Positions 29,000-39,189 of a stretch of 64,000 bases of DNA are shown piece by piece. Source of the DNA: Prevotella sp. (GTDB lineage: Bacteria > Bacteroidota > Bacteroidia > Bacteroidales > Dysgonomonadaceae); NCBI GenBank assembly GCA_031285625.1, contig JAITVV010000056.1, positions 32,001 to 96,000 on the forward strand, read 5' to 3'. The notes under the pieces were generated by a model. The model made no database searches, was not told the DNA's origin, and saw only the letters and a list, made by a program, of their open reading frames with translations. A program made the position numbers and the translations under genes. Each line of letters starts with the position of its first letter. Position 1 is the first letter of the stretch.

Positions 29000-29842
29000 A
29001 TGAAGAATTATTTATTAGCTTTATTCCTATTATTATGCCTCTCTTTTTTCACATCATGTAGTGATGATAATGATGATAATAACGGTAACAGCAAAGAGAA
29101 ATTGCTATTATCGAAAGTAACCGAAGCCGACGGAGATTTCGAAATGCAGTATTACTATGATGATGCCAACCGCCTGATAAAAATGGAGGAAACCGAATCT
29201 GAAGATGGTAAAAAATATACCTCAACAACTATTTTTGAATACGACTCGAAAGGCAATCCGATAAAAATGAAGGAATCTTATTCGGGTGACTCAGATACTC
29301 ATCTGACTACATATACCTACAAAGATGATAGTATTTTTGTGAAAGAATTCAAATCGAATTCTGAAACAGAAATATCGGGCATTGATACATTGATTATAAA
29401 CAGTAATGGTTCTCTGAAGAAAATACATTCTTCTTATGAATATGGAATTAACTATGCCAACTATACTACAAACAGCGCGGGGCAGATCACACAAGAAGAC
29501 TATTATGTAAAAACTATTATGCATAATGTATCAGAATCTCATACAGTCAGTACTTATACTTACGATAATAAAAACGGATTCTTCTCCCAGGTTAATGTCA
29601 AACCTTGGTTTTTTGACTATGACTTAAATAGTTTTTCTCACTTTTCGAATCCTACACTTATTCAGTCTGTCACAGATTATAAAAATCTGGAAACTGGAGG
29701 GACAACAAAAGATATAGGAAAAACAGAAAATGTATATACCTATAATGAAAATGACTATCCTGAAACTGTTTCAGTAACAGAAAAACATAATGAGAAGACA
29801 GATACCTACTTTTATAAGCTGGAATATATAAAAGCAAAATAA
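29000..29842 (+). CDS. Beta-rich lipoprotein paralog 2 (YD-like/DUF4595-like)
   Basis: Lipobox FTSC-SDD, shares TTYTYKDDSIFVK and YDNK.G.FS.VNVKPWF with paralog 1. Confidence 0.8.
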   Translation: MKNYLLALFLLLCLSFFTSCSDDNDDNNGNSKEKLLLSKVTEADGDFEMQYYYDDANRLIKMEETESEDGKKYTSTTIFEYDSKGNPIKMKESYSGDSDTHLTTYTYKDDSIFVKEFKSNSETEISGIDTLIINSNGSLKKIHSSYEYGINYANYTTNSAGQITQEDYYVKTIMHNVSESHTVSTYTYDNKNGFFSQVNVKPWFFDYDLNSFSHFSNPTLIQSVTDYKNLETGGTTKDIGKTENVYTYNENDYPETVSVTEKHNEKTDTYFYKLEYIKAK

Positions 29843-29863
29843 ACGATCCATTATATATTATTT

Positions 29864-29903
29864 TACTGCTGGTTTATTAAAATAATACCGGCAGTATTTT
29901 TTT
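29864..29903 (+). terminator. Intrinsic terminator
   Basis: TACTGCTGGT...ACCGGCAGTA hairpin followed by T7. Confidence 0.75.
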
Positions 29904-29935
29904 ATATTTATTAATTGGTTTATATACTGAAAAAC

Positions 29936-29954
29936 AATATCTTTGCACCGCTTT
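29936..29954 (+). promoter_or_regulatory. rpsA promoter -7 box; 19-bp direct repeat copy 2
   Basis: TATCTTTGCA matches Bacteroidetes TAnnTTTG -7 consensus, with TTG about 20 bp upstream; identical to 28057-28075. Confidence 0.75.
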
Positions 29955-30017
29955 TCGAAGCAAATATGTTTAACAATTTAAAGATACTGATCAGGACTGG
30001 TGCCAGATCGAATTTAA

Positions 30018-31817
30018 ATGATTGATAACTTAAAAAATGTACAACCGGTTGCAGATTTCGACTGGGATGCGTACGAAAAAGGAGACTCTTTCTTAGGTAA
30101 GAGCAAAGAAGAACTGGTAGAAACCTATGACCAGTCATTGAACAAAGTAAATGACAAAGAAGTGGTAATGGGTAAAGTAACTGCTATGAACAAACGCGAA
30201 GTTGTTGTTAATATCGGTTACAAATCAGACGGTGTTGTATCAATGAACGAATTCCGTTACAATCCTGATCTGAAAATTGGTGACGAAGTAGAGGTTTACA
30301 TCGAAAGCCAGGAAGATAAAAAAGGACAATTGATCCTTTCTCACAAAAAAGCTCGTGCAACCCGTTCTTGGAATCGTGTTAACGAAGCTCTTGAAAAAGA
30401 TGAAATCATCAAAGGATTTATCAAATGTCGCACTAAGGGCGGTATGATCGTAGATGTATTTGGTATCGAGGCTTTCTTGCCGGGATCTCAAATCGACGTG
30501 AAACCTATCCGCGACTACGATGTTTTCGTTGGTAAAACAATGGAATTCAAAGTTGTTAAGATCAACCACGAATTTAAAAATGTTGTTGTTTCACACAAAG
30601 CTCTTATCGAAGCTGAACTTGAACAACAGAAAAAAGATATTATCTCGAAACTTGAAAAAGGTCAGGTACTTGAAGGTACAGTTAAGAACATCACTTCGTA
30701 TGGTGTATTTATCGACCTTGGCGGCGTAGACGGACTTATCCATATTACTGACCTTTCTTGGGGACGTGTACAACATCCTGAAGAAGTGGTTAAACTGGAT
30801 GAGAAAATCAACGTTGTTATCCTTGACTTCGATGATGACAAAAAACGTATTGCTCTTGGCTTGAAACAATTGACTCCTCATCCATGGGATGCACTTAGCG
30901 CTGAACTTAAAGTAGGTGATAAAGTGAAAGGTAAAGTTGTTGTTATGGCTGATTACGGTGCATTCATCGAAATCGCTCCGGGCGTAGAAGGTCTGATCCA
31001 CGTTTCAGAAATGAGCTGGGCTCAACACTTACGCAGTGCGCAAGACTTTATGAAAGTTGGTGATGAAGTAGAAGCAGTAGTACTTACACTTGATCGCGAC
31101 GAACGTAAAATGTCTCTTGGTATCAAACAACTGAAACCAGATCCATGGGAAAATATCGAAGAAAAATATCCTGTGGGAAGCAAGCATACAGCTAAAGTAC
31201 GTAACTTCACTAACTTCGGTGTATTTGCTGAAATAGAAGAAGGTGTAGACGGACTTATCCACATTTCAGACCTATCTTGGACTAAGAAAATCAAACACCC
31301 AAGTGAAGTAACTCAAATCGGTGCTGACATCGAAGTTCAGGTTCTTGAAATCGACAAAGAAAACCGTCGCTTAAGCTTAGGGCACAAACAACTTGAAGAA
31401 AATCCTTGGGATGTATTCGAAACTATCTTTACAGTAGGTTCTGTACATGAAGGCACAGTTGTGGAAATGGTTGACAAAGGTGCAGTAATTTCTCTTCCTT
31501 ACGGGGTTGAAGGTTTTGCAACACCTAAACACTTAGTAAAAGAAGATGGTTCTCAAGCTAAGATCGATGAAAAACTTGACTTTAAAGTAATCGAGTTTAA
31601 CAAAGACTCTAAGAGAATTATCGTTTCTCACAGCCGCGTGTTCGAAGATGAAAAACCAGAAGCTAAAGAAGCTGCAGCTGAAAAGAAAGCAAAAAGATCT
31701 GCGAAGAAAGAACAATCAGACGCTCCGATCCAATCTTCTAATGTAGAAAAAACTACACTAGGTGATATTGAAGAACTGGCTGCTCTGAAGGAAAAACTTT
31801 CCGGAGATAACAAATAA
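30018..31817 (+). CDS. rpsA: 30S ribosomal protein S1
   Basis: Six S1 repeats (AFLPGSQID, DGLIHITDLSW, EGLIHVSEMSW, DGLIHISDLSW). Confidence 0.98.
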   Translation: MIDNLKNVQPVADFDWDAYEKGDSFLGKSKEELVETYDQSLNKVNDKEVVMGKVTAMNKREVVVNIGYKSDGVVSMNEFRYNPDLKIGDEVEVYIESQEDKKGQLILSHKKARATRSWNRVNEALEKDEIIKGFIKCRTKGGMIVDVFGIEAFLPGSQIDVKPIRDYDVFVGKTMEFKVVKINHEFKNVVVSHKALIEAELEQQKKDIISKLEKGQVLEGTVKNITSYGVFIDLGGVDGLIHITDLSWGRVQHPEEVVKLDEKINVVILDFDDDKKRIALGLKQLTPHPWDALSAELKVGDKVKGKVVVMADYGAFIEIAPGVEGLIHVSEMSWAQHLRSAQDFMKVGDEVEAVVLTLDRDERKMSLGIKQLKPDPWENIEEKYPVGSKHTAKVRNFTNFGVFAEIEEGVDGLIHISDLSWTKKIKHPSEVTQIGADIEVQVLEIDKENRRLSLGHKQLEENPWDVFETIFTVGSVHEGTVVEMVDKGAVISLPYGVEGFATPKHLVKEDGSQAKIDEKLDFKVIEFNKDSKRIIVSHSRVFEDEKPEAKEAAAEKKAKRSAKKEQSDAPIQSSNVEKTTLGDIEELAALKEKLSGDNK

Positions 31818-31839
31818 AATATCCATTGATATTTTTTAT

Positions 31840-31873
31840 AAAAGGGTTCACTGAAAAGTGAACCTTTTTTTTT
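31840..31873 (+). terminator. rpsA intrinsic terminator
   Basis: AAAAGGGTTCACT-gaaa-AGTGAACCTTTTTTTTT. Confidence 0.88.
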
Positions 31874-31991
31874 ATAAAATGTTAAATTATTAATAAGATG
31901 CGACAATACATTACAACATATTATGCATATATAAAAAAGACTATTTATTTTTGTATAATAGTTGCATAAACAATTAATTATTAACATTAAT

Positions 31992-33383
31992 ATGAAAAAA
32001 GGTATCGGGATAATCCTTTTCCTAATTCTTACTACTTTAACTGCAACCGCTCAACAGTATTTAAGCCTGGAGCAATGCCGGCAATTGGCTATAGAAAACA
32101 ATAAGGCACTTAAAATAGCATCAGAACAGGAAAGAATTGCATATTACGAAAAGAAAGATGCCCTCACTAAATTTTTCCCTGAGATTTCTTTTGTCGGAGG
32201 CTATCTTCACAATCAGAAGAATCTGTATCTAATCCCTTCCGGGGCTATCCCTGCATCTATTCCTCTACCTATAGAAATTCCGGGAATAGGCAATAGTATC
32301 CCTATTGATCAGAATATCAGAGACGGTATCCACGATCTGGGAAAAGTAGATATAAAAAATATATGGGCAGGAGGATTTACATTGACCCAACCTGTCTTTA
32401 TGGGTGGAAAGATAGTTGCGTATAACGATTTACGATCATACGCCGAAGAATTAGCCAAAACAATGAAAGAAACACAAATGACAGAAGTCATAGTGGAGGT
32501 AGACAATGCATACTGGCAAGTAGTATCAGTAGCCAATAAAAAGAAGCTAGCCGAATCTTACGTGCAGCTTATGCAAAAGATGGATTCGGATATTTCAGCT
32601 ATGGAAGAAGAAGGTGTAGCAACAAAAGCTGACAGATTATCGGTAAATGTAAAGTTGAACGAAGCAGAGATGACACTTACAAAAGCCGAGAACGGATTAA
32701 GCCTTGCTAAAATGTTGCTATCGCAGATATGCGGCCTGGATATAAGCGATGCAATCACCTTGAAAGATGAGAATATTACCAGTATCCCAACAAATGAGAG
32801 TGCTGAAATCATACCTAATATAGATGATGCAGTTGCAAACAGAACAGAGATCCGTAGTCTGGACTTAGCAACAAAAATTTATGGTAAAAAGGAGAAAATA
32901 GCACTGGCTGAGTTTATGCCAAATATAGCTCTGACTGCGAATTACTTATGGACAAACCCAAATCTGTTTGATGGTATGGAAAAAAAGTTTGCCGGAATGT
33001 GGAATGTGGGAGTAATACTGAAAGTACCTTTAAACTTTGTATCCAACTCTGCAAAATTAAACTCTGCGAAAGCAGAAACCCGCATCAAACAATTTGAAAT
33101 GGAAGATGCAAAAGAAAAAATTAAGCTACAAATCAATCAGTCTTCATACAAATTATCAGAAGCAAATAAAAAACTGACTTCAGCCAAAAAGAATACAGAA
33201 AAAGCAGATGAGAATTTGAGGTATGCCAATGTAGGATTTGAGGAAGGCGTAATACCATCCTCCGATGTAATTGCAGCTCAGACAGCATGGCTATCGGCAC
33301 ACTCTGAATTGATAGATGCCCAAATAGATATCATTTTATGCAGAATATATCTGGACAAAGCACTGGGACGTAAACTTCAATAA
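31992..33383 (+). CDS. TolC family outer-membrane efflux protein
   Basis: Signal peptide from MKKGIG, LSLEQCRQLAIENN, two OEP repeats. Confidence 0.9.
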   Translation: MKKGIGIILFLILTTLTATAQQYLSLEQCRQLAIENNKALKIASEQERIAYYEKKDALTKFFPEISFVGGYLHNQKNLYLIPSGAIPASIPLPIEIPGIGNSIPIDQNIRDGIHDLGKVDIKNIWAGGFTLTQPVFMGGKIVAYNDLRSYAEELAKTMKETQMTEVIVEVDNAYWQVVSVANKKKLAESYVQLMQKMDSDISAMEEEGVATKADRLSVNVKLNEAEMTLTKAENGLSLAKMLLSQICGLDISDAITLKDENITSIPTNESAEIIPNIDDAVANRTEIRSLDLATKIYGKKEKIALAEFMPNIALTANYLWTNPNLFDGMEKKFAGMWNVGVILKVPLNFVSNSAKLNSAKAETRIKQFEMEDAKEKIKLQINQSSYKLSEANKKLTSAKKNTEKADENLRYANVGFEEGVIPSSDVIAAQTAWLSAHSELIDAQIDIILCRIYLDKALGRKLQ

Positions 33384-33433
33384 AAAACTATTATTTTATC
33401 TATATATATATGAATTATAGCTTCTTACAACAG

Positions 33434-33485
33434 AAAAGTATACAAAATAAAAATAGCTGAAAAAGTGTTACTTTTGTCACCTTTT
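33434..33485. repeat. ~50-bp intergenic element copy 3
   Basis: AAAAGTATACAAAATAAAAATAG...AAAAGTGTTACTTTTGTCACCTTTT aligns with copies at 1027 and 20205. Confidence 0.6.
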
Positions 33486-33535
33486 CACTGTAAGACCAAT
33501 AATATCAATTAATTAAAAAAGTAACAACTATAGAT

Positions 33536-34528
33536 ATGGACACAGAAAACAAAAAATCGGGATCTAAACTTATACCCATTCTGGTTTTTGCAGCCGTTAT
33601 TATAATCGTAGGCTTATATGGCTTCTTTTTCCTAAACCAGGAAGATAATATTATACAAGGTGAAGCAGATGTAACTGAGGTGCGTATATCCAGCAAGGTA
33701 CCCGGACGTATCGCAAGATACATGATAGACGAAGGTAGTTATGTAAAAAAAGGAGACACGTTGGCTATATTGAGTATACCTGATATCGATGCAAAACTGG
33801 CGCAGGCAAATGCCGCTGAACAAGGTGCCGCCGCCCAAAATCAGAAAGCGATAAAAGGTGCACGTGTAGAACAAATACAAGGCGCTTTTGAGATGTGGCA
33901 GAAAGCTAAAGTAGGGACAGAAATTGCACAAAAGTCTTTTACCCGCGTGCAGAATCTCTTTAATAAAGGTGTAGTGACAGCACAAAAAAGAGACGAGGCA
34001 GAGGCGCAATATAATGCTGCCGTTGCTACCGAAAAAGCAGCCAAGTCTCAATATGATATGGCAGTAAATGGAGCTGAGCGAGAGGACAAAGATGCTGCCC
34101 TTGCCATGTTAGAAAGAGCAAAAGGTGCTGTAGCTGAAGTTTCATCCTATATTAACGAAAGTTATCTGATTTCACCCATTGATGGAAAGATCACGGAGAA
34201 ATTTCCGAATGAAGGTGAGTTGGTAGGAACAGGCGCACCTATAATGAATGTTGCCAAGCTGGATGATAAATGGGGCTCATTCAATATCAGGGAAGACCGT
34301 CTGAAAAATTATAAAGATATAGGAAAAACATTCAAGGCCTATGTTCCTGCACTGGATCAGGAAGTGGATATGACCGTATATTACGTAAAAGACCTGGGAT
34401 CGTATGCAGCCTGGAAAGCGACAAAAACAACCGGGCAATATGATAGAAAAACATTTGAAGTAAAGGCCCGGTTCAATGACAAGTCTATAGACGTCCTTCC
34501 CGGAATGTCTCTTATCATAAAAGAATAA
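33536..34528 (+). CDS. HlyD family membrane-fusion protein
   Basis: N-terminal TM, ISSKVPGRI, coiled coil, SPIDG, PGMS. Confidence 0.92.
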   Translation: MDTENKKSGSKLIPILVFAAVIIIVGLYGFFFLNQEDNIIQGEADVTEVRISSKVPGRIARYMIDEGSYVKKGDTLAILSIPDIDAKLAQANAAEQGAAAQNQKAIKGARVEQIQGAFEMWQKAKVGTEIAQKSFTRVQNLFNKGVVTAQKRDEAEAQYNAAVATEKAAKSQYDMAVNGAEREDKDAALAMLERAKGAVAEVSSYINESYLISPIDGKITEKFPNEGELVGTGAPIMNVAKLDDKWGSFNIREDRLKNYKDIGKTFKAYVPALDQEVDMTVYYVKDLGSYAAWKATKTTGQYDRKTFEVKARFNDKSIDVLPGMSLIIKE

Positions 34529-34531
34529 TAA

Positions 34532-35701
34532 ATGAACGCTGAAACAGGCATATTCGCAATATTCAAAAGAGAGTGGATCCGTATATCCTCTTCCAAAATT
34601 TGTATTTGGGGAATATTCGTTTCTCCTCTGCTATCCATGATAATATTGATGTGGATGATGAGCAGCGGATTGCCTTCACGTATTCCTATAGCCGTTGTAG
34701 ACCTGGATAACACCACTACTTCACGCACTCTTATACGCCAGCTGGATGCATTCGAGAAAACAGATATTAAATATAAGAGTTTGTCATTCAATGAAGCCAG
34801 ACATCAGATGGAAAGGATGGAAGTCTACGCCGTTCTTACAATACCAAAGGATTTCACAAAAGATGCCATATCGGGAAACCGTCCAAAATTGGTTTATTAT
34901 ACCAACAATGCTTTCCTTATATCAGGATCTTTATTGTTCCAGGATCTGAAGACGATATCGACACTTGCGTCAGCCTCTGTCGGCTTACAAACAGCAGTAG
35001 CCAAGGGATATACCGAGACTCAGGTAATGCCAATCTTACAACCGATAACAATAGATTCTCACCCTATTGGTAATCCGTGGCTTAATTATTCTGTTTATTT
35101 AAATAATATCTTACTACCCGGCATATTACAGCTGATTATATTAATGTTCACTGTATCGGCATTTGGCTCGGAGATAAAGCTGGGGAATGGACAGAAACTA
35201 TTGGCTATGGGTGATAATTCTATGCTAAAAGTTATAATTGGTAAGTTACTACCATATACAATTATATATATAGGTATAGCATTATTTTATATCGTTATCT
35301 TATATTATTACAATCGGTTCCCATTGCATAGCGGATTTTGGCCAATGTTTTTCAATTATCTGTGCCTTATTCTTGCAGCACAAGGCGGAGGTATAATCCT
35401 GCTGGGAATATTCCGTAACTATCGATTTGCATTAAGTATAGCGAGCCTTATAGGAATGGTTTCATTCTCCATTACAGGATTTTCTTTTTCCACATTAGCT
35501 ATGGACGGTAGCCTGAACGCTTTAAGTAATTTTTTCCCTTTACGGCACTTTTTCCTTATATATATCGATCAGGCATTGAATGGTATTCCTGTAGGATATT
35601 CTATGTATCAATATGCAGCATTATTAGCTTTCGCATTGTTATCAATCTTCTTTTGGGGTGTAATAAAGAGACTTCTCAGAGAAAACGTATATGAGTTATG
35701 A
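34532..35701 (+). CDS. ABC-2 type permease (YbhS-like)
   Basis: PIAVVDLD, NPWLNYSVYL, six TM helices. Confidence 0.88.
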   Translation: MNAETGIFAIFKREWIRISSSKICIWGIFVSPLLSMIILMWMMSSGLPSRIPIAVVDLDNTTTSRTLIRQLDAFEKTDIKYKSLSFNEARHQMERMEVYAVLTIPKDFTKDAISGNRPKLVYYTNNAFLISGSLLFQDLKTISTLASASVGLQTAVAKGYTETQVMPILQPITIDSHPIGNPWLNYSVYLNNILLPGILQLIILMFTVSAFGSEIKLGNGQKLLAMGDNSMLKVIIGKLLPYTIIYIGIALFYIVILYYYNRFPLHSGFWPMFFNYLCLILAAQGGGIILLGIFRNYRFALSIASLIGMVSFSITGFSFSTLAMDGSLNALSNFFPLRHFFLIYIDQALNGIPVGYSMYQYAALLAFALLSIFFWGVIKRLLRENVYEL

Positions 35702-36900
35702 AGAAATTATTACTCGATATATATTATGTTTGGATAAACGAACTTAAAGTAGTCTTTAGGGATGAAGCTGTAATCCTGCTGTTCTTTATCGTACCGCTCG
35801 CATATCCCGTGCTATATAGTTTTATTTATAATAATGAAACTGTGCATGAAGTAAAGGTTGTCATGGTAGATGAATCCAATTCTGCCCTTTCACGCGAATT
35901 CAAGAGGAAAGTGGACGCTACTGCTGATGTAAAGATAGTGGGATACGCAACAGACATGGAAGAAGCCCGCGAAGCTCTCAGAAGAAAGGAAGCCTATGGT
36001 ATCATGTATATTCCCAGGGATTTCAGCAAGAAAATAAACACTCAACAGCAAACTCAGGTGAGCGTATATGCCGATATGAACAGCCTATTATTTTACAAGG
36101 CAATGCTACTGAGTGCTACAGAGGTATCGTTAGACATGGGTGCCGACATACGCGTTCTTGAAACCGGCGGGGGCAGTCAGGAACAAGATGCAACCACAAG
36201 ACAGACCGTAGAAAATGAATGGGTAACGATGTATAATCCGCAAAACGGATTTGCCAGTTTCCTCGTTCCGGCAATTCTCATATTAATTATACAACAAACA
36301 TTGTTTCTTGGCATTGCAACTATTGTAGGTACACATAATGACAAGAAGCGTTTCAATATAGCATCACATACAGCAGAAGGAAAAAATGTAGGTGCACTCA
36401 AACTTACAATAGGAAAAGCCTTTTGTTATGCATCATTGTATATGCTTATTTCTGTATGGGTACTGCGTGTTATCCCATATCTTTTTAAATTTCCTCAGAT
36501 AGGAGACCCCGTAACTATAGCGGCATTTCTTATGCCATTTATACTGGCGGCAACATTCTTTTGTATGACTCTCTCCTATTTCTGCTCACAGCGTGAGTTC
36601 GGGATGATGCTCTTTGTATTTACCAGCGTTATATTTATTTTCATATCTGGAATTTCATGGCCATGGACAGCTATACCATCTCCAATAAAGGCGATAGCAT
36701 ATATTATCCCTTCAACACCGGGAATACATGGTTTCATTAAAATAAATACAATGGGCGCTACTCTTCCTGATGTCTGGTTCGAATATATTGCCCTCTGGAT
36801 ACAGGCAGGTATCTATTGCATAACTGCAACAATAATGTACAGGTGGTGGATCCGGAATTATGATCCTCAATACAAAGGAATGCTAAAAACAAAGAGTTGA
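35698..36900 (+). CDS. ABC-2 type permease (YbhR-like)
   Basis: VDESNSALSR, YNPQNGFASFLVP, SGISWP. Confidence 0.88.
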   Translation: MKKLLLDIYYVWINELKVVFRDEAVILLFFIVPLAYPVLYSFIYNNETVHEVKVVMVDESNSALSREFKRKVDATADVKIVGYATDMEEAREALRRKEAYGIMYIPRDFSKKINTQQQTQVSVYADMNSLLFYKAMLLSATEVSLDMGADIRVLETGGGSQEQDATTRQTVENEWVTMYNPQNGFASFLVPAILILIIQQTLFLGIATIVGTHNDKKRFNIASHTAEGKNVGALKLTIGKAFCYASLYMLISVWVLRVIPYLFKFPQIGDPVTIAAFLMPFILAATFFCMTLSYFCSQREFGMMLFVFTSVIFIFISGISWPWTAIPSPIKAIAYIIPSTPGIHGFIKINTMGATLPDVWFEYIALWIQAGIYCITATIMYRWWIRNYDPQYKGMLKTKS

Positions 36901-36927
36901 ACCTAAATTCAACTCTTCAATTACATA

Positions 36928-37182
36928 TTATTCAAAATTTTTAAAATCAAAATCTTCTCGCTTTGCAAAACCTCCTTCTATCAGCAGTTCGGCTGCACGC
37001 TTATAATCCTGAGACATCACCTGCAATCTGGCGGCCCCTTGTCCAGCCATGCCAACGCTTAGGTATTCACCATTTATGGCACACTCTATACCATTATCTA
37101 TCAAAAATGATTTCGCTACGGCTAAATTAGCCTCAAAATCAGCACTTTTTAGGGTTACTAGTTCGTCCATAACATCATTCAT
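36928..37182 (-). CDS. DUF2007 family protein
   Basis: AKSFLIDNGI, RLQVMSQDYKRAAELL. Confidence 0.75.
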   Translation of the reverse strand: MNDVMDELVTLKSADFEANLAVAKSFLIDNGIECAINGEYLSVGMAGQGAARLQVMSQDYKRAAELLIEGGFAKREDFDFKNFE

Positions 37183-37347
37183 TTAATTATTCATTTTTAA
37201 ATATACATATAATCAGTGAATTACACAATAATTAAGATAAACATAAAATTATTTACAAAATAATTTGGTTTATAAAATAAACTACTTTATATTTGCATTG
37301 TGATCATGATTAGATAAATAGATTTATAACATTAAAACAATACAATT

Positions 37348-37800
37348 ATGAAAAAGCTTATATCAACATTCTTCTTATTAGCTATTATATTAACAAATAT
37401 AAATGCTCAAAAGATCTATAATAATATAGAAAAGGATGAATACGGATGTGTGAAAGAATTTACAACTATCGATAGTGAAACTTCTCAGGCTATAAAGAAA
37501 GCTACTTATATATATAATTCTGAAGGAGTTTTACAGGAGAAGACTTTTTATAAATGGAATGAAGAACAAGGTTGGACCGGAACTCAAAAATATGAGTATG
37601 AATACAATAACGAAAAACTGGAAAACCTGATCTATACAGAATGGGATAAGAATATAGCCACATGGTCTGCCAAGGCACAACACCTGATACATATATACGA
37701 TGTTGAAGGAGAACTGTTAGCTGTAAAGCATATCCAGGTAAACAATGATCACCAGTTAATAGCAAAAAACGAACTTCAATTACTCACTTTTAATAAATAA
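37348..37800 (+). CDS. Secreted DUF3836-like protein
   Basis: Signal peptide; YIYN..G..QEKTFYKWN..QGW, KYEYEY repeats. Confidence 0.7.
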   Translation: MKKLISTFFLLAIILTNINAQKIYNNIEKDEYGCVKEFTTIDSETSQAIKKATYIYNSEGVLQEKTFYKWNEEQGWTGTQKYEYEYNNEKLENLIYTEWDKNIATWSAKAQHLIHIYDVEGELLAVKHIQVNNDHQLIAKNELQLLTFNK

Positions 37801-37876
37801 CACTACTTTTGTCCGGTCTCTTATTTTCATATTACAGTAGAGACCGGATTAACCCAATACTAAATACAATACAGTT

Positions 37877-38500
37877 ATGGAAAAGAATTTCACTGAGCAG
37901 GATAGTTTGAGATTAATCAATGAGATGATCAATCAAGCCAAGAATAATGTCCAAAAGGGATCGGCTAATTCAATGATACTATGGGGATATGTAACAGCAA
38001 TAGTTGCTATCACTAACTTTATACTTTTACATACTTTGGAAATACCTTACTATTCATTCCACATATGGTGGATAATGATACTTGTAGGTGTTATTAGTAC
38101 AGTAATGACCAGACGAAGTGATAAAGAAGCAACTGTTAGAACTCATATAGACAAAATAGTAAGTAGTGCGTGGAACGGGTTTAGCATATCGGTCGTTATT
38201 TTTCTTATCATTATTTTTACCACAGTATATCTTACCCGATCATGGGCATTAACATGGGTTATTACACCGGTAATACTTACTATCATGGGACTGGCGCAAT
38301 ACGTAACTGCTACGGCCTGCCGTTATAAGCTATTCTATTATGCTGCCGGCATTTTCTGGGGAGGAGCACTTGTTTGTCTTATCTCTTTTTACATATTCCC
38401 ACGGGCAGACATACAATTTATTTTACTAGCAATATGCATGGTTCTTGGATTAGCTATACCTGGCCACATGTTAAATAAAAAAGCAACGCAAAATGTTTAA
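37877..38500 (+). CDS. Hypothetical membrane protein (6 TM) paired with HTH regulator
   Basis: SLRLINEMI, ILWG, PGHML; overlaps regulator start. Confidence 0.8.
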   Translation: MEKNFTEQDSLRLINEMINQAKNNVQKGSANSMILWGYVTAIVAITNFILLHTLEIPYYSFHIWWIMILVGVISTVMTRRSDKEATVRTHIDKIVSSAWNGFSISVVIFLIIIFTTVYLTRSWALTWVITPVILTIMGLAQYVTATACRYKLFYYAAGIFWGGALVCLISFYIFPRADIQFILLAICMVLGLAIPGHMLNKKATQNV

Positions 38501-38777
38501 GGAACTAGACCCACTCTTACATTCGCAACTCCGGTTGGCAGTAGTGTCGCTACTGCTATCTGTTGATGAAGCAGATTTTGTCTTCATCAAAGAAAAGACA
38601 GGGGCTACAGCGGGTAATCTGAGTGTACAAATAGATAAATTGAATGAAGCCGGATATATAGAAGTCCGTAAATTCATCGATGGGAAAAAGCCACGAACAG
38701 TCTGTAAGATCACTCAAATTGGAATTGAGGCTTTTGATAAATATGTAAAAGCCCTACAGGATTATATAAAGAAATGA
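38493..38777 (+). CDS. Winged-helix (HTH_34, ArsR/MarR-like) transcriptional regulator
   Basis: LDPLLHSQLRL, TAGNLSVQ..KL..AGYI, KPRT. Confidence 0.9.
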   Translation: MFKELDPLLHSQLRLAVVSLLLSVDEADFVFIKEKTGATAGNLSVQIDKLNEAGYIEVRKFIDGKKPRTVCKITQIGIEAFDKYVKALQDYIKK

Positions 38778-38870
38778 TAATTCCCAAAACCTTTATAAAC
38801 ATTATTGATAACCCCAATGTTATAATAAACAAACATCTTAATTAAACATTAACAATAAATATATAACATT

Positions 38871-39116
38871 ATGGGATTTATTTGGTCAATAATAATTGGT
38901 ATAGCTGCAGGGTTTATAGCAGGAAAAATAATGAAAGGGAGCGGCTTTGGCCTCATCCTTAACCTGATAGTCGGTATTGTCGGAGGATTGCTGGGAGGCT
39001 GGATCTTCACCCTTCTGGGATTAGATGTAAACGGCATACTCGGAAATCTGGTAATGTCAACAATAGGTGCTGTTGTCTTATTATGGATAATATCATTATT
39101 CAAAAAGAAAGAATAG
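38871..39116 (+). CDS. GlsB/YeaQ/YmgE stress-response membrane protein
   Basis: IIIGIAAGFIAGKIMKG, GIVGGLLGGW, IGAVVLLWI. Confidence 0.92.
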   Translation: MGFIWSIIIGIAAGFIAGKIMKGSGFGLILNLIVGIVGGLLGGWIFTLLGLDVNGILGNLVMSTIGAVVLLWIISLFKKKE

Positions 39117-39128
39117 GACAGACTATTA

Positions 39129-39172
39129 ATAAAAAGGAAAGCAGTTGTAATTACAACTGCTTTCCTTTTTAT
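39129..39172. terminator. Bidirectional intrinsic terminator
   Basis: AAAAAGGAAAGCAGTTGTAA/TTACAACTGCTTTCCTTTTT perfect palindrome between convergent genes. Confidence 0.88.
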
Positions 39173-39189
39173 AGTAACTCTAGAAAACA

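Noticed and set aside
30640-31420. Internal DNA repeats (GTAGACGGACTTATCCA...) in rpsA
   Set aside because: Explained by the normal S1-domain repeats
39129-39172. Long perfect palindrome as a mobile-element end
   Set aside because: Sits between convergent genes with A/T tails on both sides: bidirectional terminator (same for 55320-55365)
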